Part shown: positions 13,051-25,861 of the stretch, piece after piece
Layout: the number at the start of each line of letters is the position of its first letter
How positions within the stretch are numbered: position 1 is the stretch's first letter
Assembly (NCBI GenBank): GCA_904063045.1
Contig: CAJFCJ010000046.1
Location: forward strand, 238,028-302,027
Length of the DNA stretch: 64,000 nucleotides
Direction: 5' to 3'
DNA from: Dimorphilus gyrociliatus
Taxonomy: Eukaryota; Animalia; Annelida
Program-made: the position numbers and the translations under genes
Notes under the pieces: generated by a model
The model's input: the letters and a program-made list of their open reading frames with translations, nothing else
Told to the model about the DNA's origin: nothing
Database searches by the model: none

Positions 13051-15184
13051 CTACTGCTGGAAACTATCAGAGAGTAGTTTTATCTTTTTGTCAATAAAAA
13101 CAAGACTAATTGATGACAGTGTCGCAGCAAATGTCATTAGACTATCAAGATATCTACAAAAAGAACCCTTTCTCCAGCTGATATCTTCATCTAGGTAATT
13201 GTTACCATAATAACTATCCATTATTGCAATAATGAGAATGTAGAGACAGATACACAAGTCTCCAACAAGTAATGTTGATTGGTATACCAGTTTATTCTTC
13301 TGATAAATATGTAAAATAGATAGAGCTAATCAGTTTCCAACTAACCCAACAAAACCATAACACCAAAAGAGAATTTTATTTAAATTTGTTCCTTAAAGGG
13401 TTGAGCACGTCTTGAAAAGTATTGGCTGTAGTACACAGGAAATATCATTCTTGATATAGGCCCAAGCTAAACAGCACAGATTAAAGCTGATACTGAATAT
13501 TTTTTGAACTTTATCCAATTTGTGTATAATTGCATTTCCCTGTCCAAATGGAAAATCTGTTGAATTCATATGCAATTCTTTCAAGTTTGTCAAATGCATA
13601 AATATTTCTTTTTGAATTTCTTTTATTCTCTTTTTAGTTATTTTTAAAATCTTTAAACTTTTCAATTCTATTGAATAGTTTGAATGTAATTGAGTAATTC
13701 TTGTATAAGAAATATCAAGGAATCTCAGCAAATAATGGTTGAATTTAATTAAAAAGTCTATATTACTTATTGGATTGTATGACATATCAATGTGCTGAAT
13801 CAAATTTGATGAATTAGCAACATTCAAAGTTATCCACCTAGCAAGGCTTGTATTCCTAAGAGTGACAATGACAATATTTGGAAAGTAATCAAGTTTCATA
13901 GTCGTAAACTTTGTATTTTGAATATGGATTGATATGAAAGAAAATATTTGTCTTTTTAAGTCAATGTGAAATGGTCCAAGAATTGTCAATCCTTTGATGT
14001 GCTCATCAAATATTGTAAATTTGTAAGCTACATTTAACAGTTGCTTGTTGTGACAAAATAGACTGTAGGTGAGATTTTGAATGCAAATTCATTATAAATT
14101 GTTGGTTGAAAGCGTAAAAGTTCATTACTGCCATGTAAACAATTTATAATTCCATAACCAACAGGAAATGCTAAACTATATGTTTTTGATTTAAATTGAT
14201 AGTAAAAATTGGACATAGGCACTCTGACAATTTTCATATCTTAAAAAATGTTCAATTAACAAATAGACGGAGCTACTGTGGAAAACAGAATGTTGAAAAG
14301 TTGCCTGTCATATATGTTACATCTGGTTAGACAAATAGGGTTAAGTCTTGGGGTTAAGGTTTGCCATTTAGATCCATATGATTCTAGAGTTATTGAGTGA
14401 TAGCTTCTACTATCAAATCCATCAAAATCTTTATACAGATATCTCGCAAAACCTTTTATATCTTTTGTAAAGAAATAATTATTGGCAAAATTTCCAATTA
14501 AAATATGTGCAACTTTGTATTTATCTGGAATTTCTCCAATGAGAAAATATGTATTGTCATTAGAAACAAAGTTTGTTCCAACTGCCAATAATCCTTCATT
14601 CTTCAGGAAGCATTCAGAGGTTTTAAAATTGCATACAAATGCTCTGCACTCGAATACTAATTTACTCTCTTCTCCAAGAGATTGTGCTAAGCGTTAAAAT
14701 CTCAATTTGTCATTGAGACCATATTCAATTAAGTTGAAAACAATCTGCAGGAGAATTTCCCAATCTTGTACATTCATAATTATTCAAATTTCAATTTTGG
14801 AATGAAAGGACAAAAGCAAATGAATATTTCATTTTTGGATTATTTTGTAGATAATAAATAATCCTAAAGTGGCTATCATTTCTATTCTTCCATACCTGAA
14901 TTAGAATAGTACAATAGACTAAAATACAAGAAATTCATATATTGATAATTTATATTTGCAAAAACATATGAAAAAAATGTCAACTTTTCTATTGGAATGT
15001 TTTTTAAATTTAACAATTCAAAATATACTTTTCCATATTTCTTAATTTGTCTTTGCTCTACAGAATTGTTGTTCCATTGATTAGAAAATTGCCTTGACCA
15101 TAAAAGTCTCTTCCCCTCTGTTCCAGCCAATATCATTTGTACTTTGCATTTAAACTGACATAAAGATGTGTTTTTGTGTGACAA
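13051..15184 (-). pseudogene. Degenerate GRL101-like LRR-7TM receptor
   Basis: LRRs (LRFLDISYTRITQL, LKELHMNST), hinge LCCLAW...C, TM2-3 ...WRKGSFC; upstream ectodomain pieces; several stops; 7TM breaks after TM3. Confidence 0.75.
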
Positions 15185-15739
15185 TAGTAATGATTTATGG
15201 ATTGTTTATTAAAAAAAACAGAAAAGTTATCAATATGTCTTCTTACACTGTGACACAAAACTATATTTAAGGAGCATTAATTATTTATATAGAAAATATA
15301 GAATAATTGTTTTTTTTTTATCAATTATAACATTTCTGTGAAACCTTCAATTCTTTAACTCTTATTATTTGTTTACTGATGCTACTGTTCTCTATAAGTG
15401 ATCTATATTTGGAATATAAACCAGTTTTAAAACAGACGCTAATGGGGAGCAAAAAGAGAATTTTAGATGTACTCTATTTTCTTTTTCTATATTTAATTGC
15501 AGACCTATGTGAAACAAATGTTTTTGGTTTGTATTTTAAAAAACTACCACTTTGAGAGCTACTACAATCAAACAGTTTCATCTTTTACAGATAATGTAAT
15601 TGGCTATGAAAAATATGAAAAAGTAGAGTCTAGAGGTGATGACTTGTGGCTACAAACATTTACATCCACTACATACTTATCACCTCAATTTCTTTAAAAC
15701 TAAAAATAAATCTATAAAAAAAGAAGAAATGCAAATAAA

Positions 15740-16460
15740 TTGCACTAAATTGGAAAATTTAAATATAGAAGAGAAATGTTTATTTCCTTCTGCATTTTTA
15801 AAATTTGTGATGCACTTGTCTGTTCTTCAAGAACATTAAGAGTTGTAACTTTTTCTTTTTGCAATCTGACAAAGAATAAATCTAAAATGATTGGAAATAT
15901 CCTTAAAATGTTTCCTCAGCTAGGAGTAATTAATCTAAGAGGGAATTACAATATGGGTGATGGATTACTAGAAATTGGTGATGCACTTGAGCAATCATCA
16001 AACATATTAAGAAAATTAAACTTTTCTTTTTGTGATCTAACTGAAAATCAATGTAAAATGTTTAGAAATATTTTGAAAAATTATTCTCAGATTGAAGTAA
16101 TTAATCTAAGTTTCAATAAAATGATGGATGATGGATTATTAGAAATTTGTAATGCACTAGAGCAATCATCAAACAGATTAAGAGAATTAATTTTTTCTTG
16201 TTGTGATCTAACTGAAAATCAATGTAAAATTTTTGGAAATATGCTAAAAAGTTGTTCTATGATTGAAGTAATTTATCTAAGTGGGAATAAATATATGGGT
16301 AATGGATTATTAGAAATTTGTGATGGACTTACACAATCATGAAGCAGATTAAGAGAGTTAAACTGTTCAAACTGTCATCTAACTGAAAATCAATTTCAAT
16401 TATTTGAAAATATGTTGAAAAATTGTTCTAGGATAGAAGTAATTAATTAAAATTGGAATC
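15740..16460 (+). pseudogene. RNI/NLR-like LRR array (28+29-aa doublets)
   Basis: Repeats of SSNxLRxLxFSFCDLTENQCK...IEVINLSxNxxMGDGLLEIC; in-frame TGA at 16340 with repeats continuing after it. Confidence 0.85.
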
Positions 16461-17388
16461 ATAATATAGGTTCATTAATGCTTTTTACGAAAGTATCACA
16501 AAAAAACTACTATATTTATATGTCTGTTTAACTGGTATAGATACCTTTTAGATGATATTGTTGGTCAACTTCCTGCTGATGTTGCTATGGGTCATTCTTC
16601 TTTAATTAATAGGGAAAAGCTTACTTCTTTCCTTTTTTACTGTTTAATATCCTTTCTTGTATCCTTGTTAGGTAAAGCATAATCTAAAAAGGGTCAAAGC
16701 TTTTAAAAAAGGCAAAGACTTTATGTACAATGAAAACAAAGGACCAAAAAAATAACAATTAAAGAATTTACATCAATACTTCAAATTTTCCCTCTTTAAT
16801 ATTGATTTTTCAAAACAAACTCTTTCTTTGACTGAAACCATCATGATGAGGAAGGTATACTTTGACTGCTTTAGATAATGGTTACAGACTGACAAGCTTT
16901 GCAAATGCATCTGCAATGTTCCATTATTATTGTTTTCAAATATCAATATATCTATACTTCTAAGTCTTCACCATGTTTTAGAGATACCCATTTATAATAT
17001 TTACTGATTAAATCATAACAAGTTTACACAGACATTAACAATTTAAAAATTCACATATTTTTAATTACATATCAAACATTCCACAAAATAGAAAACAAGA
17101 ATTTTATGTTAAAATGATAATGAAGACAAAAATTTGAAATTTCAATACAATTTCAAAATGGCGTCGATAGGAAAGGTCAATAAACATGAAAATGCAAAGT
17201 TAGGTTAAGATTTGAAGTAAAGAATCTTCAAAATATACTTTCATTTTGACCTAGATTTTTGTTTTTAATGTAAACAACAACTGGAAATTGAAAGTGATAA
17301 ATTCTCTTTTTTAGAATATAGATAAAACTTTAAAATACTAAAACATCAAATTAAATAATAAAGATTACTGTTTAACCTATTTGAAAAA

Positions 17389-18240
17389 TTGGTAATGGAA
17401 AATCAATTATTTAATATCTGTCAAGAGCTTGAAAAATCCTCTAATACTTTAACCACAATTGATTTTCAACAGTGTTATTTAAATGAAAGGCTAAGTATAC
17501 AGATTGGAAATTTTTTAAAGAATTGTTGCAGAATAGAATCAATGAATCTATGTGGAAATAGGAACATGGGTATTGGATTATTGAATATTTGTGATGGATT
17601 AAAAAATGTCTTCAAATTCTTTAAAGAAACTTGATCTACAGAACTGTAATTTAAATGAAAAGCAAAGTGAAAAGATTGGATATTTACTTAAACACTGCTC
17701 CATATTAGAAACAATAAAGATATCAAGGAATGAGCTTAGAGGTAAAAAGATATTAAATATTTGCAAAGGGCTGAAAATGTCATCAAATACACTGAAAAAT
17801 CTGGAATTTATATTGTGTTTTTTGAAAGAAGAACAAAGTAGAGAGATTGGAAACTTGTTACAAAATTGTTGTAGAATAGAGACAAATAAATCTATCTTGG
17901 AATCAGAAAATTGGTAATGGAATATTTCATATTTGTGAAGGGCTGAAAATGTCATCAAGTACCTTAAAGAATCTCGATTTAGAAAGGTGTGATTTAAATG
18001 AAGAACAAGCTACAGAGGTTGGACTTTTACTAAAGCATTGCTGTAGATTAGAAACAATAAATCTATCTTGGAATAGAGAATGGGTAATGGAATATTAAAT
18101 ATTTTTGAAGGACTTCAAATGTCATCAAATACTTTGAAGTGTTTTTATTTAGTCCATTGTGATCTAAATGAGGAACAAAGAACAGCAATTGGAGATCTGT
18201 TACAATATTTTCCCAAAATAGAAGTAAATCAACAGCAATA
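17389..18240 (+). pseudogene. RNI/NLR-like LRR array, left-arm copy (frameshifted)
   Basis: MSSNSLKKLDLQNCNLNEKQS... repeats; three 1-bp indels relative to the right-arm copy. Confidence 0.8.
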
Positions 18241-18486
18241 GATTACAAATGTATCTAGGTTTTACCTTATGTAAGGCAATTAGCAATGGCTTAATTTGCA
18301 TTTTGTTTATATATGGGCTCCACTTTTTGTAAAAACAATCTTTCAAAAGAAAAAAAAATCTATGATATGGTTTTGATATTAAGAGGAATTCTTTTATTGA
18401 AGAGCTCATGATCTTAATCTTTTTCTCATCAACTCTCAAATCTAAATCTCCTATGAAGTACTTTTACAAATAACCCTAACCCTGAG

Positions 18487-18654
18487 GCTAGATTTTGGAT
18501 TGAAATATAGTCAGGAAGAAGAAGACAGCAACTAATTCCTACATGGGAGGGTCTCCCCTTAAGGTTAGGGCTATTGGAAAAGGTTAGGTATAGTCAAGCT
18601 CTGGGTTAGGGCTAGGGTAAAAGCAGCAATTTATGGACGTTTTCTGTCGCATCC
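18487..18654 (+). mobile_element. TTAGGG-bearing MITE copy (left arm)
   Basis: Ends ATTTATGGACGTTTTCTGTCGCATCC (right TIR); colinear with the family. Confidence 0.8.
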
Positions 18655-18810
18655 TAAAGCTATCTGTTTTGTTGATAACATACTTTTTTTAAATCTTGCT
18701 AAGGTGCTAAATGAAGGAAGGAAAAGAGTTTAGATGATGAAATTATACAGAATGACAGTTTTTCTGTTTGAGTAAAACCCACTCCCTACCACTTTTAGGC
18801 CTTTTCTTAC

Positions 18811-20676
18811 CACAATTCACTTCATCATCACCAAGTGGACAGTGTTTCAATTCATCACAAACAAATTTGATGTCAATGCAATATTGATATGTTTTACATC
18901 TGTATTGACAAAATAAACATTTCTTATGAATATTACAATTTACATGTTTTCCCTTATGTTTTGAAGAAAAGAATATTAATCTTTCCATACTGTCGTATTT
19001 TATCTCACATAATTCACTAAAATAAAATCATTTTTTACTAATACTCTTTACCAGGTTTCTCCTACTACTTACGTAACATATGAACACTCATTTATTAATT
19101 GTTTTTTCAATTTCCTATCATAACAGATGTTCATTTGGGAATATTGAATAAATCCATAGAAAATGCATTGCGAAATACCATCGCATACCGACCTACTTGG
19201 AATTCAATATCCATATTTACCCAAAAGATTTGAGAATGAAAAAGAGAAAAAAGAATGTTCTTGTGGGGGGTTCAATACCATTTTAAGGGTATGTTTTCTT
19301 GACTCATAATCATTCCTATCCCAGGAATCAATGATAGTCTTTTTATTAATTGGAATTGCAGTTTTACAGTATGCTAAATAATTTCTTTGTGTACAAGATG
19401 AACAGCAATTTCTGTAAACCTAACCCTAATGTACTTTGTATTTGATACTAAAATAAACGAATGGCTTCAATTCGAATCTTCTACTTTTAAAATTAAAATC
19501 TAAGAGCTTCAACTCTATTCTTGGCAAAAATCCAAAAACTCTTTGGAACAAAATCAATAAGATCTAATTAATTTACTTTTGAAAGAGATTGTAAATTGAA
19601 TCCTTATGTATTCATCTCATTTTTAAATGGAATATTAGTTTACAATAGGTGTCGCTGCTCCTAATTCCATATCCATTCGTTAGCGTATATTCTATAATAT
19701 TAGTGGTTTTCTCTAAAGGTACGCAGGTGGAAGGATAACCTTCAAGTGTTGCGTAATACGAATGACTTTTGCACTGCGTATCATAACTTTTCACCTTTTT
19801 TCCCTCTAGAAAAGAATGACGGATTAGATCTGAATGAATTATTGAAGTATCTTATCCCTACCGATATCAGTTATGGCAAAGTGATTAATCCTATTGGTTA
19901 ATCCATTCTTAATTAGTATTTGTCTTATGTCTAGAGTAATGGCGACTTCAATGCTATGAATATGAATGTTTCGTAGCCTTTACCCATACCAATTGTTATC
20001 AGTGTCTCTGATAATTCAATCCAAAAATTTGTCCAATCAGTGCAAGAGATCAATTTAGCAGAGTTGCTTAGAATTTTACTTTCAATTGTCGGATTCATTA
20101 CGTGTATTGATGAAATTCTCTTATTGCCAATAATCTCATCCAGCCGAATTGTTGATATAATTGAAATTTCATTTTTTAGGCTAATTACCATTGTTGAACA
20201 ATCATTCAGTTGACCTTGACCTTTAACCTTGAACCTCATAGCTCTAAAACCTAAAACCCTAATGAATATTCATACCTTTTGTAAAGACATTGACGTATTG
20301 AAATCCAACAGTTTCGTCAATGTAAACGTCTTTTATAACAAGATTTAAACCCGATTCTATATCAGGAGTATTTGTATATTTGAAACAATACATTTTAAAG
20401 CCAGCAACATCGGATAGGTTTACTACCTGAGTGAAACCAGAACTCCATTCGACCTTGACACTTGCTATCCTTTCATCAAAGTTGAGCCTGTTTATAAACA
20501 AAGTTGAATGGAAATGTCAAGTAAAGGAAATAGCATAAGACCCGTGTGATAAACATAAGAATTCCGTCCCCGTCTTCGACCAGAATACAAGTTAACCTAC
20601 TCAATGAAATTGCTGTAGTATTGCAGTATTCCAAAAGAAATAGAAGGAAGGCGAAAGTTTTTGTCATAATTTTCAT
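18811..20676 (-). pseudogene. 5' half of a signal-peptide / FAMeT-like / LDLa modular receptor gene (left arm)
   Basis: MKIMTKTFAFLLFLLEYCNTTA signal-like; small GT-AG introns; LISCTDWTNFWIELSETLITIGMG; LDLa CIDIKFVCDELKHCPLGDDEVNC; frameshift near 19950. Confidence 0.65.
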
Positions 20677-21942
20677 TGCAGTTCGCTTCTTTTCCATTTT
20701 GCAGGAGAATCTTTACATTTTTTTTTTGGAAAGAAGTCTTTATAAAGTTTTCTACAGCAATCGATTGTTGCCATGGTTATTACCACTTTTAAAGCTAAGG
20801 CTATGAAAATAATTTTTCTAAATGATATTAATTAATAATCATCTTATCGTTATTGCAATTCAAAACTTATTTACATTGGTTTCGTTATAAGAAATGTCAT
20901 ATGATCTCTCTTGAATTGCACCTTAAGAAAAGAGCACAATCATCAATTTCCATTAAGTATCAATAGAGAAAAAAATCAATGAATAACAGACTAATTAAGA
21001 GTGTAAATACTATTACAAAAGTCCCGCCAACTCATTTCTTTTTAAGTAAACAATAAAGAGAAAACAGCACTAAACCTTTTTGACCTGATTTTCGCTGACC
21101 TTTGTGACCTCTTAAGCCTTAACCTAATTTTCAACAGCAATGCCTTTATCGCAAATCTACTAAAGCTGCTAAAAGTAATATTTCATTTATCCTGTTTGAA
21201 TGTATTATCCTTAATAATTCATACATTAAATTAGTAAAATTGGCTTTGTCAGCACTTTTTGAATTCTATAAAATAAATCCTTTTTGAAAAGTTTCAATGT
21301 TGTTGTACAACTTTGGTTATATTTTACATGGTTGAACTGTATTATTTGATGCAACTTATACATGTCCATCTTAAAACCTACGCAAGAAAATGCTATAACA
21401 TTGGGCAAACATAAGTCTGATTAGTCAGCTTCAAGGCTCATCTTTAATCACCAATAAAGGTTTGGCCAAGTTATAATTTAATTAACTTGCCTAGGGTGTG
21501 GCCAAGTTATAATTCAATTAACCTTCCTAAATCTTCAACCTTGTAACATCCTGTTACTAAACATAAATATGAACTACACATTTCAGCAACTGTAAAGTGA
21601 TGATTGGATGTTAGAGGCAAACCTCAGAGTAAATAAATCCTCACTATTCTCATTCTGCATGCGGCTTCCATCTGGATCCAAGGACCTGGGAAGATAACCT
21701 GGAAACAACCTCCACTGGAACCATCCATCTACTCCTCAACATTGGAAGACAGTTTGGTAATTTGGCAACCTGCTTTTACAAACTATCTACTCTGCTATTG
21801 AACTCTCATATTGTTACTTGCTTAAGTATTATCATTGCGAATAAACCATTTTAATTTAAACATTTGCTTAAAGGTTCGAGTAGAACCAGTATTGTTATAA
21901 CTTGCAAACGCATAGGTTTTGCCAGCAAGAGCAGTACAAATT

Positions 21943-21960
21943 TGGCACAGTCGACAGGAT
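21943..21960 (+). promoter_or_regulatory. tRNA-Ser primer binding site
   Basis: TGGCACAGTCGACAGGAT, 4 nt after the LTR; 17/18 complementary to the 3' end (+CCA) of the tRNA at 43194-43275. Confidence 0.92.
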
Positions 21961-21998
21961 AATATTTTGGTTTATTCAAAAATCTGGAGAAAGTAAAT

Positions 21999-22579
21999 AT
22001 GGCAGAAGGAGGAAATGGAAATGCCACTGGGGCAGTTACAGACTCTAACCCTTCAACCCCACCAACTCCAACAATTGCAATTCAGCCAGCAGAAATGTCA
22101 GAAAGGCAACAAAGACTAATTGAAGACTATGATAGATTGGTGAGTGAAATGAAAAGAAATCGAATCACAATTCCAACAGATCATGGAGATGGAACACATC
22201 ACGCAGCACAGAACCCAAATGTTGATATCACAACAGTAATTCAAGCATTAAGGGCTGCTTGGGACCGCCCTCAAAGAACTATTCTCAAGTTGCATGATGG
22301 AAGCAAGGAGTGTTCAAAATTCAAGGAAGACTTTAATCAGGCATGTGATGCTTATGGTTGGATTGGTGAAGATGTTGTGAAAGCAAGTCTTTTAGATTAT
22401 TTAACTGGCCCTGCAAAGGATTTGGTGTTGGCTCTGGATGGAGAGCCTACTGTAGAGGAAATATGAAAAGCCCTCCATGACGAATTTGATCTGGATCCCT
22501 TGGAGTATCAAGAGAAATTGCTTAACTTAAAGCAAATGAATGGCGAAAGTGTGGTTCAGTTTGTTAATAGAGCAGTACA
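21999..22579 (+). pseudogene. Gypsy gag (capsid) fragment
   Basis: 155-aa ORF, TGA at 22464, then in-frame KALHDEFDLDPLEYQEKLLNLKQMNGESVVQFVNRAV. Confidence 0.85.
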
Positions 22580-22829
22580 TTGTAAATATTAAAATATTGT
22601 TGTTGGATATTCAACCTTCTATACAGTAAATCAAGTTTGTATAAACATCTTGAAGCGTCATTTAACAATTAACTTTACTCAGCACTTTAATTTTCTGTCT
22701 CTAGATGTTGCTTTTGTTGTATAAAAATATGGAAGTAAAGATTATATTCCAGATCTACTGAAAATTCCTCTGCAATTGAAATTGCATTGAATGACAGCTC
22801 TATTAACTCCTACATGATTGATTTTTCAG

Positions 22830-23082
22830 TGGTTGTACTTTGTTGTATTGTAATTGTTGGAATTTCTCGCTTCTTCAGAACAGTATTCGTCCTCTTCAAT
22901 CATTTATCAATTGAGCAAAGTACTCAAACAAATAGAACCACATGTGCCACTGCAGCAGAGGCCTGCCCAGCAGCATCTGGTATTGCCTAAGATGTAACAA
23001 ATTTCACATGCATCTTTTCTGTGTTCTTTGTTAACTTCATAGTGGCTCCATCTAATATGGGCAAACAATCTATTTCCTACGA
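22830..23082. repeat. Repeat X copy (mirror copy at 23461-23715)
   Basis: Matches 2150-2255 joined to 2575-2730; lies outside the TSD of the LTR element. Confidence 0.7.
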
Positions 23083-23964
23083 AATAGAGTTCTTTCTAAA
23101 GTTCTATAATCTTATTCTAACGAAATAAAAGACTTTCAAAAGTTGCAGCATTATAATTGCCACAAAATAGAAGTTATTCTAAAAACCTTTATATTTGGTT
23201 CAACCCTAACCCGTATCAATATGCTTTCTGCTCAAAATATAAATTATTGTATTCTGTTAACTAAGATTTAACATTAAAGAGAATTGAAAAGAAAAAGATT
23301 TTGTATGTCTACACTTAGACATAATGACATATTGATATTTAGACTTTAGATATAAATGAACTTTAGAATAACTTCTATTTTGTGGCAATTATAATGCTGC
23401 AACTTTTGAAAGTCTTTTATTTCGTAGAATAAGATTATAGAACTTTAGAAAGAACTCTATTTCGTAGGAAATAGATTGTTTGCCCATATTAGATGGAGCC
23501 ACTATGAAGTTAACAAAGAACACAGAAAAGATGCATGTGAAATTTGTTACATCTTAGGCAATACCAGATGCTGCTGGGGCAGGCCTCTGCTGCAGTGGCA
23601 CATGTGGTTCTATTTGTTTGAGTACTTTGCTCAATTGATAAATGATTGAAGAGGACGAATACTGTTCTGAAGAAGCAGAAATTCCAACAATTACAATACA
23701 ACAAAGTACAACCACTGAAAAATCAATCATGTAGGAGTTAATAGAGCTGTCATTCAATGCAATTTCAATTGCAGAGGAATTTTCAGTAGATCTGGAATAT
23801 AATCTTTACTTCCATATTTTTATACAACAAAAGCAACATCTAGAGACAGAAAATTAAAGTGCTGAGTAAAGTTAATTGTTAAATGACGCTTCAAGATGTT
23901 TATACAAACTTGATTTACTGTATAGAAGGTTGAATATCCAACAACAATATTTTAATATTTACAA

Positions 23965-25236
23965 TGTACTGCTCTATTAACAAACTGAACCACACTTTCG
24001 CCATTCATTTGCTTTAAGTTAAGCAATTTCTCTTGATACTCCAAGGGATCCAGATCAAATTCGTCATGGAGGGCTTTTCATATTTCCTCTACAGTAGGCT
24101 CTCCATCCAGAGCCAACACCAAATCCTTTGCAGGGCCAGTTAAATAATCTAAAAGACTTGTTTCACAACATCTTCACCATCCAACCATAAGCATCACATG
24201 CCTGATTAAAGTCTTCTTGAATTTTGAACACTCCTTGCTTCCATCATGCAACTTGAGAATAGTTCTTTGAGGGCGGTCCAAGCAGCCCTTAATGCTTGAA
24301 TTACTGTTGTGATATCAACATTTGGGTTCTGTGCTGCGTGATGTGTTCCATCTCCATGATCTGTTGGAATTGTGATTCGATTTCTTTTCATTTCACTCAC
24401 CAATCTATCATAGTCTTCAATTAGTCTTTGTTGCCTTTCTGACATTTCTGCTGGCTGAATTGCAATTGTTGGAGTTGGTGGGGTTGAAGGGTTAGAGTCT
24501 GTAACTGCCCCAGTGGCATTTCCATTTCCTCCTTCTGCCATATTTACTTTCTCCAGATTTTTGAATAAACCAAAATATTATCCTGTCGACTGTGCCAAAT
24601 TTGTACTGCTCTTGCTGGCAAAACCTATGCGTTTGCAAGTTATAACAATACTGGTTCTACTCGAACCTTTAAGCAAATGTTTAAATTAAAATGGTTTATT
24701 CGCAATGATAATACTTAAGCAAGTAACAATATGAGAGTTCAATAGCAGAGTAGATAGTTTGTAAAAGCAGGTTGCCAAATTACCAAACTGTCTTCCAATG
24801 TTGAGGAGTAGATGGATGGTTCCAGTGGAGGTTGTTTCCAGGTTATCTTCCCAGGTCCTTGGATCCAGATGGAAGCCGCATGCAGAATGAGAATAGTGAG
24901 GATTTATTTACTCTGAGGTTTGCCTCTAACATCCAATCATCACTTTACAGTTGCTGAAATGTGTAGTTCATATTTATGTTTAGTAACAGGATGTTACAAG
25001 GTTGAAGATTTAGGAAGGTTAATTGAATTATAACTTGGCCACACCCTAGGCAAGTTAATTAAATTATAACTTGGCCAAACCTTTATTGGTGATTAAAGAT
25101 GAGCCTTGAAGCTGACTAATCAGACTTATGTTTGCCCAATGTTATAGCATTTTCTTGCGTAGGTTTTAAGATGGACATGTATAAGTTGCATCAAATAATA
25201 CAGTTCAACCATGTAAAATATAACCAAAGTTGTACA
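23965..25236 (-). mobile_element. Mirror copy of the deleted Gypsy element (LTR 24602-25236, PBS 24580-24597)
   Basis: Reverse complement of 21304-22579; TSD ACAA at 23961-23964 and 25237-25240. Confidence 0.92.
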
Positions 25237-25861
25237 ACAACATTGAAACTTTTCAAAAAGGATTTATTTTATAGAATTCAAAAAGTGCTGACAAAGCCAA
25301 TTTTACTAATTTAATGTATGAATTATTAAGGATAATACATTCAAACAGGGATAAATGAAATATTACTTTTAGCAGCTTTAGTAGATTTGCGATAAAGGCA
25401 TTGCTGTTGAAAATTAGGTTAAGGCTTAAGAGGTCACAAAGGTCAGCGAAAATCAGGTCAAAAAGGTTTAGTGCTGTTTTCTCTTTATTGTTTACTTAAA
25501 AAGAAATGAGTTGGCGGGACTTTTGTAATAGTATTTACACTCTTAATTAGTCTGTTATTCATTGATTTTTTTCTCTATTGATACTTAATGGAAATTGATG
25601 ATTGTGCTCTTTTCTTAAGGTGAATTCAAGAGAGATCATATGACATTTCTTATAACGAAACCAATGTAAATAAGTTTTGAATTGCAATAACGATAAGATG
25701 ATTATTAATTAATATCATTTAGAAAAATTATTTTCATAGCCTTAGCTTTAAAAGTGGTAATAACCATGGCAACAATCGATTGCTGTAGAAAACTTTATAA
25801 AGACTTCTTTCCAAAAAAAAATGTAAAGATTCTCCTGCAAATGGAAAAGAAGCGAACTGCA

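Larger units (their letters stand above)
21304..22579 (+). mobile_element. Internally deleted Gypsy-like LTR retrotransposon (5' LTR 21304-21938, PBS, gag fragment)
   Basis: TGTAC..GTACA LTR; 4-bp TSD TTGT at 21300-21303 and 22580-22583; gag capsid motifs F..F....GW, LTGPA, QMNGESVVQF. Confidence 0.93.

Noticed and set aside
15255-15330. Numerous short AT-rich ORFs and A/T homopolymers here and elsewhere
   Set aside because: Expected from base composition; no supporting signal
22830-23082. Treating this segment as the pol region of the adjacent Gypsy element
   Set aside because: The element's right TSD is at 22580-22583, so this is a separate repeat
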